A stretch of 64,000 bases of DNA from Candidatus Zixiibacteriota bacterium (GCA_030615745.1 JAUWYR010000008.1:762-64761); one strand, 5' to 3'; positions 1 to 10,927 are shown, numbered from the stretch's first letter. Notes: generated from the sequence alone by a model not told the origin. Numbers and translations are program-made.

Positions 1-2
1 AT

Positions 3-1553
3 TCTGCCAAAATCCTTACCCAGAGCGAGCATGGGTATGTCTCCTCCATAGACCCCAAAACACTTAATACCATCGCCCACACTCTGACCAGGATGATGGA
101 TAAGGAGTGCTCAGTTGGGGGTGAAGATAGAAGAATTAGATTTCCCATAGGAGCTGATGGCCTATATCCATCGCTTTGGGGTCATGCGTTAAACTCCCGG
201 GAGGCTTTTTTAACCAATGCCCCGCACAAGCATGAGGCATCTCGAGGCATCCCAGAGGGTCACATAACTCTTAAAAATTTCTTATCTGTTCCGGCGATGA
301 TCGGTGAAGAGTTAGTGGGACAAATAGCTTTAGCTAATTCAACTAAAGACTATACTCACCGTGAGCTCCAGGCGGTCAAACGGCTAGCTGAACTGTATGC
401 CATGGCGGTCCAGCGCAAGCGGGCGGAGGAGGTATTGAAGGAACGCACAGATCAACTTAACGAGCGAGTTAAGGAACTGAATTGTTTGTATAGCACTTCT
501 AATTTAATTGAGAAGCAAGATATTTCAATTGGGGAGATACTTCAGGGGACGGTCGAGCTAATGCCCTCCGCTTGGCTGTATCCGAAAATTACTTGTGCAC
601 GAGTTGTTCTAAAAGATCAAATTTTCAAAACCAATAACTTCCAGGAGACCATCTGGAAACAGGCGTCCGACATCATTGTGCATGGTGATCCAGTGGGTAG
701 GTTAGAGGTGTATTATATGGAAGAAAAACCTGAAGGGGATGAGGGACCTTTCATCGCGGAAGAGAGAACTCTGATCAACGCCGTCGCCGAGCGATTGGGA
801 AAAATCATCGAGCGCAAACGAGCGGAAGAAGAAATTCAAAAATTGAATAGAAGCTTGAAGGCCAAGACCACGGAACTTGCCTCGGCCAATAAAGAATTGG
901 AAGCATTCAGTTACTCCGTATCCCATGATTTGCGTGCTCCGCTAAGGGCTATTGACGGCTTCAGCCGGGCGTTGCAGGAAGATTATGCCAACAAGTTGGA
1001 TCAACCGGGAAAGGACTATCTCAGGCGGGTAAGTGCTGCAACCCAGCATATGAGACAGCTGATTGATGATTTACTGAATCTGTCATTGGTCATGCGTGCC
1101 CAAATGCGACATGAGAAGATCAATCTAAGTGAAATGGTGCGAGCCATCACAGCAGAGCTTCAGAACACTCAACCAGAACGTCAGGTAGAGTTTATTATAG
1201 AGGAGGGGTTACTCGCCCATGGCGACCCGCGATTATTGCGGGAGGTATTGGAGAACCTTTTAGGTAATACCTGGAAGTTTACCGAGAAGCATTCAAAAGC
1301 GAAAATAGAATTTGGCACGGTTCATAAGGAGGAACAGATAGTTTATTTCGTACGGGATGACGGTGCCGGTTTTGATATGACTTATGCAAACAAATTGTTT
1401 ATTCCATTTCAGCGTCTTCACTCAACTGCTGAATTTTCGGGTAATGGCATCGGTCTGACAATCGCAAGCCGGATCATAAATCGACATGGAGGCCGCATCT
1501 GGGCTGAAGGTGAAGTGGAAAAGGGTGCGACCTTCTATTTCACCCTAGGATAA
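3..1553 (+). CDS. GAF-domain sensor histidine kinase (5' partial; frame open from the window edge)
   Basis: H-box FSYSVSHDLRAPLR, N-box ENLLGN, G1 DDGAGF, G2 GNGIGL; GAF-like N-terminus; no stop in frame from position 3 to the ATG at 93. Confidence 0.9.
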   Translation, partial: SAKILTQSEHGYVSSIDPKTLNTIAHTLTRMMDKECSVGGEDRRIRFPIGADGLYPSLWGHALNSREAFLTNAPHKHEASRGIPEGHITLKNFLSVPAMIGEELVGQIALANSTKDYTHRELQAVKRLAELYAMAVQRKRAEEVLKERTDQLNERVKELNCLYSTSNLIEKQDISIGEILQGTVELMPSAWLYPKITCARVVLKDQIFKTNNFQETIWKQASDIIVHGDPVGRLEVYYMEEKPEGDEGPFIAEERTLINAVAERLGKIIERKRAEEEIQKLNRSLKAKTTELASANKELEAFSYSVSHDLRAPLRAIDGFSRALQEDYANKLDQPGKDYLRRVSAATQHMRQLIDDLLNLSLVMRAQMRHEKINLSEMVRAITAELQNTQPERQVEFIIEEGLLAHGDPRLLREVLENLLGNTWKFTEKHSKAKIEFGTVHKEEQIVYFVRDDGAGFDMTYANKLFIPFQRLHSTAEFSGNGIGLTIASRIINRHGGRIWAEGEVEKGATFYFTLG

Positions 1554-1707
1554 GATAATGGAGAAAGGTTAGTAAATAGCTATAAATTGGGCGCTAACAG
1601 CAGATTTGTAAGTTGATTGGCTATAACAAATTCTGTTGTGTGCGCAGAAACCTATGATGTATTGTTACTTTTAAACAAGCCACCCCCTACCCAAAAGGAG
1701 AGATTAG

Positions 1708-2934
1708 ATGAGTATACAACTTCGGGTACTTATTGTTGAGGATTCGGAAGACGATGCTGCCTTGCTGGTGCGAGAACTGCGAAGAGCTGGCTATGAACCT
1801 GTTTTCAAAAGAGTTGAAACAGCAAAAGCCATGTCTGCTGAGCTGAAGCGGCAGGAATGGGATATCGTCATCTGCGATTATGTTATGCCGAAGTTCAGCG
1901 GACTTAAGGCCTTGAGCGTATTGAAGAACAGCGGAGTTGACCTACCCTTCATCATCATTTCTGGTAAAATTGGCGAGGAGACAGCGGTGGAAGCGATGAA
2001 AGCTGGTGTACATGATTACTGTATGAAAGATAATCTTACCCGACTTGGTCCTGCTATCCACAGGGAATTAAAGGAAGCAGTTGTTCGAAGAGAGCGCAAA
2101 CTTGCACAAGAGGCCCTGCGTGACCAAGCCCAAATAATGGACCAGGTTCACGATTCGGTGATCTCAACTGACCTTGATGGGCATGTGACAAGCTGGAACA
2201 AAGGCGCAAAAAGACTGTTCGGCTATTCTGCCAAAGAGGCTCTGGGTAAGCATATATCGTTTGTCTATCCCGCGGATCAACACCAGTTTCTTCAACAAAA
2301 AGTAATCAAGCCTCTCAAAAAGAAGGGTCAACATGAAGTTGAAGTGCGGATGCGGAGAAAGTCGGGAGAAGACTTTTACGCCCACCTTTCACTTTCACTA
2401 CTGAAAGACAGGAAGGGTTCCGTTGTCGGAATGATCGGTTATTCAATGGATATAACCCCGCGCAAGCATGCTGAGGAGGCACTGAGAGAAACGACCAAGC
2501 AACTGGAGATTGAGCGAGAGGCGCTGGAAAGGAAGAACATTACCTTACGCGAAATCCTCAATCAGATCGATGCGGAGAAAAACAATCTGAAGCAACAGAT
2601 TACCACAAACGTCGAGCAGGCAATAATTCCTACTCTGCTCAGACTGAAAGAATCATCTCACACCTCCCTTTCCAGAAATTTCGAGATGTTGGAAAAAGAT
2701 CTGCGGGAAATCGTCTCACCTTTTCTTCAAACGCTAAAAAATAACTACTCTAAACTATCTCCAAGAGAGTTAGAGGTCTGTCGTCTCATAAAAAATGGAA
2801 TGACATCAAAGGAAATAGCCGAGGCATTACATCTGTCTCTGATGACGATACACAAGTATCGCGAGTTGATAAGGAAGAAATTGGGTCTAGTCAACAATGA
2901 TATCAATCTCCGTACTTATCTGCAGTCACTCTGA
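1708..2934 (+). CDS. Response regulator with REC, PAS and C-terminal LuxR-type HTH
   Basis: LIVEDSEDD...DYVMP receiver; PAS (WNKGAKRLFGYS); LSPRELEVCRLIKNGMTSKEIAEALHLS; SD AGGAG upstream. Confidence 0.9.
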   Translation: MSIQLRVLIVEDSEDDAALLVRELRRAGYEPVFKRVETAKAMSAELKRQEWDIVICDYVMPKFSGLKALSVLKNSGVDLPFIIISGKIGEETAVEAMKAGVHDYCMKDNLTRLGPAIHRELKEAVVRRERKLAQEALRDQAQIMDQVHDSVISTDLDGHVTSWNKGAKRLFGYSAKEALGKHISFVYPADQHQFLQQKVIKPLKKKGQHEVEVRMRRKSGEDFYAHLSLSLLKDRKGSVVGMIGYSMDITPRKHAEEALRETTKQLEIEREALERKNITLREILNQIDAEKNNLKQQITTNVEQAIIPTLLRLKESSHTSLSRNFEMLEKDLREIVSPFLQTLKNNYSKLSPRELEVCRLIKNGMTSKEIAEALHLSLMTIHKYRELIRKKLGLVNNDINLRTYLQSL

Positions 2935-3033
2935 TTACGAAAAAACTTATGAATAAATAGGATCTTTGCGTTGTCTATAAAACTTTCCGCTTTAATCAGA
3001 GAGTAAAGAATTCTTGTGTAAAAATTCATATTA

Positions 3034-4386
3034 TCAGACACTTCTTTTCAACCACCTTCCTTTTCGATACCAAAAGTAAAAAAGGGATGACCCAACAAAA
3101 GTAGCCAAAACAATAGCCCACCAGACCCCATTCTGATTAAAACCGAAAACCTTGGTGAAGAGAAGTATCAAGGGAATCTCCAGTGCCCAGGAATAGATCA
3201 TTCCTATTACCATCGAAGGAACATTATCCCCTGCCCCAGCAAAGATCATTTCCAAGGTTATAAATAGGCCAAGAAAGGGAAAACCTACTGCCTGAATCCT
3301 TAAAAGAGTAGTTCCTAAGGAGACCAGATCTGGAGCCTGAAAGAATATCTTAACAATGAAGGGAGCAAAAACAAAATTAACTAATCCGAAGAAGGTCATG
3401 ATACCCATAGCGAAAAGTGAAGTTAAATTAGCTGTCTTTTTAGCACGCTCCAATTTTCTTGCTCCTAAGTTCTGACCGATCAAAGATGAGAGACCAAGAC
3501 CCATCCCCACGATTACCATAATACCCAAGGAGGAGATTCTCATTCCAATTCCATAAATTGCCACCACCCCTGTGCCAAAAACTGCAACTAAAGGCATGAT
3601 TATCAACCGGGCAAAAGAAAATGATATGTCATTTATTCCGGTGGGGAGCCCAATTCTTATGATCTGGAGCAGAGATTTTAATTTAAGTCTCAACCGGCTT
3701 TTCAAATGTAACGTAACATTACATTTTCCTGAAAAGAATACAAGGAGCCCGGTGAAAAAAGCTGTGAAAAAGGATATAACCGAGGCAACCGCTGCCCCCA
3801 CCACTCCCAGTTTTGGGAAAAACCACCAGCCGAAGATCAAAAATGGATCCAGTATTAGATTTAAACCGGTTGACCCCAGCATAATAGCCATAGCTATGTT
3901 AGGATTTCCAATACTTCTTAAGGCGGTATAGATGGTGAAAGTTGAAAATGCAAATCCTAAGCCTAAAAACTGCACCTTGCCATATCTTATTCCCATATTT
4001 ACCACCTCTCCTTTAGCACCCAAAAGAACCAAGATTTTGTCAATTAAGAAAAATCCAATTGAGCCAAAAAAGATGGCCAGCATCCACTTTAAAAGTATGG
4101 TGTCTTTTATCGCTCTTTCTGTTTCCAGATAGTTTTTTTCACCATAACGTCTGGAGATAATAGCTAAAGAACCTGTTCCAGCGATCTGATTGGCTGAAGT
4201 TATGACCCAGTAAAAGGAAGAAAATATGGTTATGGCTGCCACCGGCTCAGCGCCTAATTTTGCCACCCAGAACATATCCACAATATCGTAAATATTCAAA
4301 GCTGCAAATCCAATCATTGAAGGGAAGCCCATCCTGAAGATGCTTTTTATTATGCTTCCCTCTGTATGGTCATATATTTTTTTCAT
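3034..4386 (-). CDS. MATE family efflux transporter
   Basis: Hydrophobic 450 aa with MATE motifs (NLILDPFLIFG...LGVVGAAVAS, GQNLGA). Confidence 0.9.
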   Translation of the reverse strand: MKKIYDHTEGSIIKSIFRMGFPSMIGFAALNIYDIVDMFWVAKLGAEPVAAITIFSSFYWVITSANQIAGTGSLAIISRRYGEKNYLETERAIKDTILLKWMLAIFFGSIGFFLIDKILVLLGAKGEVVNMGIRYGKVQFLGLGFAFSTFTIYTALRSIGNPNIAMAIMLGSTGLNLILDPFLIFGWWFFPKLGVVGAAVASVISFFTAFFTGLLVFFSGKCNVTLHLKSRLRLKLKSLLQIIRIGLPTGINDISFSFARLIIMPLVAVFGTGVVAIYGIGMRISSLGIMVIVGMGLGLSSLIGQNLGARKLERAKKTANLTSLFAMGIMTFFGLVNFVFAPFIVKIFFQAPDLVSLGTTLLRIQAVGFPFLGLFITLEMIFAGAGDNVPSMVIGMIYSWALEIPLILLFTKVFGFNQNGVWWAIVLATFVGSSLFYFWYRKGRWLKRSV

Positions 4387-4755
4387 ATCTTTTAAAGAAA
4401 GTCAAAACTTCATTCTTTTATGATACCAGAACGTGTGATTCAGTTAACCGAATTAAGCTCAAATATAGTCAGAAGTTCATTAAAATCAATCTTTCCCTGG
4501 CACTAAAAGAAAGAATACGATTTTCCAACTTAAAAGCATCAATATTTTTCGGGATGGTTTTAAAAAAAAGAAGCTTTTTAGTCAGATCTAAGGCAAAACG
4601 TAATCAAGGATTTTTGGGCAAAAGAAAGTTACATTACTCTCCACAAACACTTAACTTTTTTCTTTAATAACTTAATGCATCTACTTCATACACATAAGCT
4701 TTTGATTTTTTTTATTTAAAAGAAACTTAAATAATTTTTAACTAAAAAAATCTTT

Positions 4756-5271
4756 CTATATCTCAGACACTAAATCATCCAAGCTGCGGCGGGGTGTTTT
4801 CTCCGGCTTTTCATCAGGATAACCGATTGGGAGTATGATTATGGGTCTTAAAGTGAGTGGAATGTCAATTATTCTGCTTACCTCTGCCTCATCGAAAGCA
4901 CCCACTATAACGCTCCCCAATCCTAAGTCAACTGCTGCTAAGTGAACGTAAGCGCAGGATATGGTAGCATCCTGAATTGAATATAAAGTCTCGCCTCGTT
5001 TTCCATATCTTTGAGCAGACCTTAAAGGGTCAATGCAGAAGACTAAATCAATTGGAGCTTGAGCTATAAAGTCTTGATCCCAGGAAGCCTTAGCAAGATT
5101 TTCTTTTTTCTTTTCATCTTTAACCAGAAATATCTGATAAGCTTGCAGGTCCCCAGCAGAAGGAGCTGAGTTTGCCACCTCTAAAAGTTTTTGAATTTTC
5201 TCTTCTTCTATCTTTTTTTTCTGAAAAGCTCTGATAGAATGTCTCTTTTTTACTACTTCAAAAAATTCCAT
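4756..5271 (-). CDS. Nitroreductase family protein
   Basis: KRHSIRAF, APSAGDLQ, LGLGS, IGYP motifs; start moved to the ATG at 5271 with GGAG SD. Confidence 0.9.
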   Translation of the reverse strand: MEFFEVVKKRHSIRAFQKKKIEEEKIQKLLEVANSAPSAGDLQAYQIFLVKDEKKKENLAKASWDQDFIAQAPIDLVFCIDPLRSAQRYGKRGETLYSIQDATISCAYVHLAAVDLGLGSVIVGAFDEAEVSRIIDIPLTLRPIIILPIGYPDEKPEKTPRRSLDDLVSEI

Positions 5272-5358
5272 ATAATCTCCCAATAAAATAATCTGAAGGG
5301 CGGAGTAAACTCCGCCCAAATCAATCAAGGTTATTACTATCTTTTTTTATAAGGCTAC

Positions 5359-5700
5359 CTACTTTTTGAAGTTTTCTAAGGCTTCCTCAAGGGTATCATA
5401 CACATCAAAGACCAAAGTGAGTTTGGTTATGGCAATGAGTTCCTGGATTTTTTTGGTAAGGTTGGCTAATTTAAGATTGCCACCTTTCTCTTTGAATTTC
5501 GTATGGTGATGGATAAGGATGGCAATGCCGGATGAGGACATCCATGCTGTCTTGCCCAAATCGATTATAACCTTTTTTTGCCCTCTTCCTATAAGAGCAT
5601 AGAGCTTCTCATCCAACTCACCCACATCAGGTCCACCCATGAGTTTACCCACCGGCTCTAAGACAACAACATCATCTTTAGTATAGGAGTTTATCTTCAT
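5359..5700 (-). CDS. STAS-domain anti-sigma factor antagonist
   Basis: IIDLGKTAWMSSSGIAILI, GGNLKL motifs; 113 aa. Confidence 0.9.
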   Translation of the reverse strand: MKINSYTKDDVVVLEPVGKLMGGPDVGELDEKLYALIGRGQKKVIIDLGKTAWMSSSGIAILIHHHTKFKEKGGNLKLANLTKKIQELIAITKLTLVFDVYDTLEEALENFKK

Positions 5701-5846
5701 CTTATTTTCTCCTCCTTCTACATTGTTTTAAGGCACTAATATATATAAATGAACCTTTAGGTCAAAGGTTTTTTTAAATTTTTTCAAAAAAAGTTTTGAA
5801 TATGTAAAAATCGACCTATTTTCTCTTATTAAAATAAGTAAAAGTC

Positions 5847-5875
5847 TTGACAACTTTTCTATTAAACATTATTTT
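5847..5875 (+). promoter_or_regulatory. Putative sigma70 promoter of the tricorn-like protease
   Basis: TTGACA-N17-TATTTT about 40 nt upstream of the ATG at 5918. Confidence 0.45.
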
Positions 5876-5917
5876 GGTTTTAAGTTTTTGAAAAAAAATC
5901 AAGTGTAGGAGGATAAT

Positions 5918-8900
5918 ATGAGAAAAAGAGCCTTTTTTTTACTTTTGTCAATATTAATTCTTCAAACAAAAGCTTTTTCATCAGAAGAGTATATCAAATT
6001 TGCTCGCTATCCCGCCCTATCACCTGATGGAAAAACTTTAGCTTTTTGCTATTTTGGAGATATATGGACTGTGCCAAAAGCAGGTGGAGTGGCGAGGAGA
6101 TTAACAGACCATCAGGCAAACGACATCCATCCGGTCTGGTCACCGGATGGGAACTATATTGCATTCTCCTCTGACAGAAATGATAATTACGATATATTCA
6201 TAATATCCAAAGATGGTGGTATACCAAAACAGTTGACTTTTCACACCAGAAATGATTTAGTTACATCCTGGTCACCGGATGGGAAAAAACTCCTTTTCTA
6301 CTCAGGAAGGTCTGGATGGAGCGACTTTTACGAAACAGACACATCTGGAAAAACGCCGATAAAGCTTACCGGTGGATGGAACGAGGCTGAATTTTATGGA
6401 GAATATTCACCTGATGGAAAATATATAGCTTATAACGATGGTGAGGGGTTGTGGAACTGGTGGAGGAAAAAGGTCATCTCCCCTTGCTGCTCAGATATAT
6501 ATGTTCTTGATTTAACCTCCAAAAAATTCAGCTCAAAAAGGATCACCAATTTCGAAGGTAACGACCTCTGGCCAATGTGGTCAGATGATGGTGATTATAT
6601 CTTTTACGTTTCCTCAAGAGATGGAATTCCAAATCTATGGAAAATTCCAAAAGATTCTAAAAAACCCTCTCAATTGACATTTTATAAAGATGATGGTGTT
6701 AGCTGGCCCTCCATCTCAAAAGATGGAAAATTCATTGTTTACGAATATGATTTCGGAATATGGATGATTCCAACTTCTATGGGAGAACCACAAGAGATTA
6801 AAATTGTTATCCAATCCGAGCCTAAAACCAATATCAAAGAGGAAAAAACCTACAAGTCTTCTGTTTCAGAATACTTGCTTTCACCTGATGGGGAAAAGAT
6901 AGCTTTTGTGATAAGGGGTGAGCTCTTTGTAGTTCCAGAAGAAGCTGGAGGAGATGCCAGAAGATTGACCAAAACTCCCTGGCGTGAATCTCAGATAACC
7001 TGGTCTTCTGATAGTAAAAAAATTGCCTATACTTCTGATAGGGATGGGAATCAAGACCTTTTTTTAGTGGATATAAAATACCCAGAGGAGAAAAGATTGA
7101 CCAAAACTCCAGAGAACGAGACAAAGCCACACTTTTCCCCTGATGGAAAATATATCGCCTACTACAAAGGCACAGACAAAATCTGCTATATCTTAGCTGA
7201 GGGAGGAGAGGAAAAGATATTCGTTTCCGGGAATTTCATCGATTTTCCAACTGAGCCAACTAAAGAGTTCGAATGGTCGCCTGATTCAAAATGGATAGCT
7301 TACACCATGCTGGGTCCAGATTATAACACAGATATCTGGGTGAAGTCTATCGATGGAAAAAAGTCTTATAACATAAGCCAATTAGCTAAGTATAACTACA
7401 GACCTAAATGGTCAAAGGATGGAAAGATCATCTATTTTTCTTCCACCCTAAATGTGAACACTGATATTTATAAGATAGACCTTTTGCCTGAAAAAATAGA
7501 GTTCAAAGAGGATATTTTAGATAGTCTATATGAGAAAAAAGAGAAAAAGAAAGAAGATAAAAAAGATAAAGGAGATAAAGAAGAAAAAAAAGAGGTAAAG
7601 ATTGATTTTAAAAATATTGAAAAAAGGGTTAAAAGGGTTACAGAGATAATAAATGACCAGACCTATCCGGTTTTAACTCCGGATGGCAAAACCTTTGTAT
7701 TTGTTTCTGATATTTTGGGCAAAAAAGATATATGGAGTCTGCCAACTGAGGAAGAGGAGAAGAAATTGACTCAGCTAACAACTACCGAAACTGAAAAATC
7801 ACACCTTACGGTTACCCCTGATAGCAAGAAAGTCTATTATTTATCTAAAGGTAGGATATACTCTGTCAATTTAACCGATAAAAAAGTTTCTCCTTTAGAT
7901 TTTTCTGCAAAACTCGATGTTGATTATCCAAAAGAAAGGGAACAGATTTTTTGTGAATCCTGGAGGATTCTAAATTCTTACTTCTATGACAAAGACCTCC
8001 ACGGAACAGACTGGGAAAATGTAAAGGAAAAGTATTATCCTATCTTACAGAATATATCCACCCGGAAAGACTTTTTTGACCTGATCAAGGAGATGATCGG
8101 GGAGCTTAACTCTTCACATTTGAATATCTATTCAAGGGGCGGAGGTGTGAGCTCGGAAAAAGAGACAGGTTATCTCGGAATAGAGCTCGATTACCAGGTT
8201 TTAAAAGATGAGGGATTACATAAGATAAAATATGTTTATTCAGAAGGACCTGCAGACCATAAGGATTCGAAATTGGAGATAGGGGAGTATATACTCTCTG
8301 TTGATGGTGAATTATTAGAAAATGAGGCTAATTATTTTCAGCTTTTGGGTGGCAAGGTCGGCAGGAGAGTAAAACTTTTGGTCAACTCGAAACCGAAAAC
8401 AGATTCTGCAAAAGAAGTTTTTATTAAGCCGATTTCAAGAAACAAGAAACAAGAAAAAGAAACAAGAAATAAGTATATCGATCTGGTATATGAGGATTGG
8501 GTGGATAAAAAAAGAAATCTGGTTGAGGAAAAAAGTGAGGGGAGGTTAGGATATCTTCATATCAGAAGGATGAATAAGACCTCCTTGAACAGGTTTAAAA
8601 AGGAAATTACCTCTGAGGTAGCAGGCAAACAAGGAGTGATAATAGATGTGAGATATAATCGAGGTGGATGGACTGGGGTATATATATTAGAGGTCTTGAT
8701 CAAAAAGCCTTATGTTATGCGTAATTTCAGGGCTTCGGAAAAAGTATCCGAGAACAAATACAGGTCAAATGCCTTGGAAAAACCGACTGTGCTTTTGATA
8801 AATCAGCATGCTTTTTCAAATGCGGAGATATTCGCTCAAGGATTCAAAACCTTGAATTTAGGAAAAATCATTGGCTGGCCAACCGCAGGAGGGGTTGTTG

Positions 8901-9100
8901 GAACAAGCGAATGGAGACTTATCGATGGGTCATATCTTAGAAAGCCTTCCTGGGGAGCTTTTACAGTTGATGGAGAAAATTTAGAAAATAATCCGAGAGA
9001 ACCTGATATCTATGTTGAAACAACACTTGAGGACCTGATAAATGGTCGTGATCCCCAATTGGAAAGAGCAATTCAGGAGCTTCTTTTGGAGTTGAAATAG
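5918..9100 (+). CDS. Tricorn-like S41 family peptidase with signal peptide, PD40/beta-propeller repeats and PDZ domain
   Basis: Repeated SPDG propeller motifs; GELNSSH, GYLHI, IIDVRYNRGG, AFSNAEIF, TAGGV. Confidence 0.92.
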   Translation: MRKRAFFLLLSILILQTKAFSSEEYIKFARYPALSPDGKTLAFCYFGDIWTVPKAGGVARRLTDHQANDIHPVWSPDGNYIAFSSDRNDNYDIFIISKDGGIPKQLTFHTRNDLVTSWSPDGKKLLFYSGRSGWSDFYETDTSGKTPIKLTGGWNEAEFYGEYSPDGKYIAYNDGEGLWNWWRKKVISPCCSDIYVLDLTSKKFSSKRITNFEGNDLWPMWSDDGDYIFYVSSRDGIPNLWKIPKDSKKPSQLTFYKDDGVSWPSISKDGKFIVYEYDFGIWMIPTSMGEPQEIKIVIQSEPKTNIKEEKTYKSSVSEYLLSPDGEKIAFVIRGELFVVPEEAGGDARRLTKTPWRESQITWSSDSKKIAYTSDRDGNQDLFLVDIKYPEEKRLTKTPENETKPHFSPDGKYIAYYKGTDKICYILAEGGEEKIFVSGNFIDFPTEPTKEFEWSPDSKWIAYTMLGPDYNTDIWVKSIDGKKSYNISQLAKYNYRPKWSKDGKIIYFSSTLNVNTDIYKIDLLPEKIEFKEDILDSLYEKKEKKKEDKKDKGDKEEKKEVKIDFKNIEKRVKRVTEIINDQTYPVLTPDGKTFVFVSDILGKKDIWSLPTEEEEKKLTQLTTTETEKSHLTVTPDSKKVYYLSKGRIYSVNLTDKKVSPLDFSAKLDVDYPKEREQIFCESWRILNSYFYDKDLHGTDWENVKEKYYPILQNISTRKDFFDLIKEMIGELNSSHLNIYSRGGGVSSEKETGYLGIELDYQVLKDEGLHKIKYVYSEGPADHKDSKLEIGEYILSVDGELLENEANYFQLLGGKVGRRVKLLVNSKPKTDSAKEVFIKPISRNKKQEKETRNKYIDLVYEDWVDKKRNLVEEKSEGRLGYLHIRRMNKTSLNRFKKEITSEVAGKQGVIIDVRYNRGGWTGVYILEVLIKKPYVMRNFRASEKVSENKYRSNALEKPTVLLINQHAFSNAEIFAQGFKTLNLGKIIGWPTAGGVVGTSEWRLIDGSYLRKPSWGAFTVDGENLENNPREPDIYVETTLEDLINGRDPQLERAIQELLLELK

Positions 9101-9142
9101 AAATTTTGGATTTTTGAGCGCTCAGAGTTTTAAAACGAATTT

Positions 9143-9259
9143 ATCTGTTTAATCTGTTGGGAATCATCCGCTCAATCTGTTTCATCCGTGGGGAATTATC
9201 CGTTCAATCCGTTCAATCTACTGTGAAATCCGTTCCAACCGTTTAATCTGTTGGGAATT
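9143..9259. repeat. Imperfect 9-mer repeat cluster (ATCCGTTCA / ATCTGTTTA interspersed with GGGAATT)
   Basis: Directly visible in the convergent intergenic gap. Confidence 0.75.
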
Positions 9260-9394
9260 AATATGCCTAGTAACGCTGGTTATCTCCCTACCCGGGCAGC
9301 TATGCTTTTAAATCATATTCACAAACTACCTATTTTGTTTTCTCTATAGTATTATTATACTCTACCTCTGAGACACAACCCCGGAAAGATTTTT

Positions 9395-10635
9395 TTAATA
9401 ACCTTTTCTTCTGCCAATAGCAATCCAGTCAAATTCAACATCTTTTTTTTCAGAGACTGATTTCACTAAAAAACCTTTAGAAAACTGTCCACTAACAAAA
9501 AGCTCGCTGAATTCTCCTTTGGAAGTTAAAGTGATTCTTAAAGGAACCTCAGTTGAGATCGCCTCGCAAAACAATCTATTAAACTCAACTTTTGCCATAC
9601 CATCTACCAATCTTGCTGTGCCTGAACACATAAATTCCACCTCGGGTGACTCTATTGCAAAAAGTGGCTCTTTACCCCTTGAGGTCTCGACTAAACTGCT
9701 TTTTGTTCCTGTGGCATAGATAGTTCCAGCAACATATAGTCCCCGATTATTTGGATAAGCTCCAGCTGAATAGACATAAAGCCCATAAAAATCTTTGTTA
9801 TTACTTCTCAGCACATTTCCCCTCTCCCCGGTTGCATCGATTCCTTCATCTCCAGCATAATAAACCACAATTCCATCACCTGAAGCCCTGAAAACAGAGA
9901 CACCATCATCCTTTACTTTATCGATATCAATACCATCATAAGCACTATCCACAGAAAGACCATCCTCTTTAGCGAATTTTACTTTCACCCCATCATCAAA
10001 AGCCTCACCTATATAAAACCCTCTATGCGCCCTCTGAACATTCATCCCATTACCCATAGCATCTTTTCTTTTATCAATATCCCATCTTTTTCAGAAAAAT
10101 CGATTTTGAGCCCATCCTGATTTGACCCCAAAGACTCAGGATCAGCTGGATTTTCGTAAGAAAACTTTTTTTTCACAAAAGGAGTATCATTTTTAGCCAG
10201 AATCGCAAACTCATCAAATCCCTTATCAGGTATTGGAGAAGCAGTAAAATCTTTTGCACTCACAAATAAATTTTGAAAAAAAGATTTATCATAGTAATTT
10301 TTTGAGTCATCTAAAGATGATATACCCTCAGGTGCTCCGAAGTCTTTTTTATTCGAAACCTTATTCTCTTCTTTTTCTTTAAATTCTATTTTTGATAAAT
10401 TTAAATTCTCTTTTTTCAGATTCAGGTCTGAACAGTTTTGGTTTTTCAGATTATTAATTTCTGAAAAAAGAATGTCTTTTTGCAAAGAATTTACATCATT
10501 TATTTTGTCTTCTGAAAATAAAAGCTTTTCTTTCTCGTAGAGTCCTTCGGATAAATTAAAAAAGAAGAAAAAAGAGAAACAGAGAAAAGAAATCCACATA
10601 AAAAATCTCATAAAGCTTAAGCTTTTACAGGACAT
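9395..10635 (-). pseudogene. Exported beta-helix-like repeat protein split by a frameshift (ORFs 10042..10635 and 9395..10057)
   Basis: The DG-x-x-V/I repeat continues across the two ORFs; removing one AAAAG copy at 10063-10072 fuses them. Confidence 0.65.
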
Positions 10636-10757
10636 AATCTTCCTCCTTTTGCTTAAAACTTTAGTTTAAGACTAAAATTATTTTTCTAAAAGCTACTTTT
10701 TTAGAATCGAATAGATTTTTTGCCCCCGCGAAAAAACGGTTCAAACCAAAATGAAAG

Positions 10758-10922
10758 CTATCTTTTCTTATCTGGTAAATTATTTACAAGTTCATATTCG
10801 CCTTTCAGTATTTTTTCCACAGTCTCAGCAAACTTCTCAGGTGTCAAGCTCTGGAGTTTGTAGGGATGCCAGAGGGTTTTTTGAAAGTTGCTTATATCTT
10901 TTTCTGTATTTTTCTTCTTCAT
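10758..10922 (-). CDS. Small hypothetical protein, 54 aa (MKKKNTEKDISNFQKTLWHPYKLQSLTPEKFAETVEKILKGEYELVNNLPDKKR)
   Basis: ATG-to-TAG ORF read by hand, below the ORF-track cutoff; no clear SD. Confidence 0.4.
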   Translation of the reverse strand: MKKKNTEKDISNFQKTLWHPYKLQSLTPEKFAETVEKILKGEYELVNNLPDKKR

Positions 10923-10927
10923 ATACT

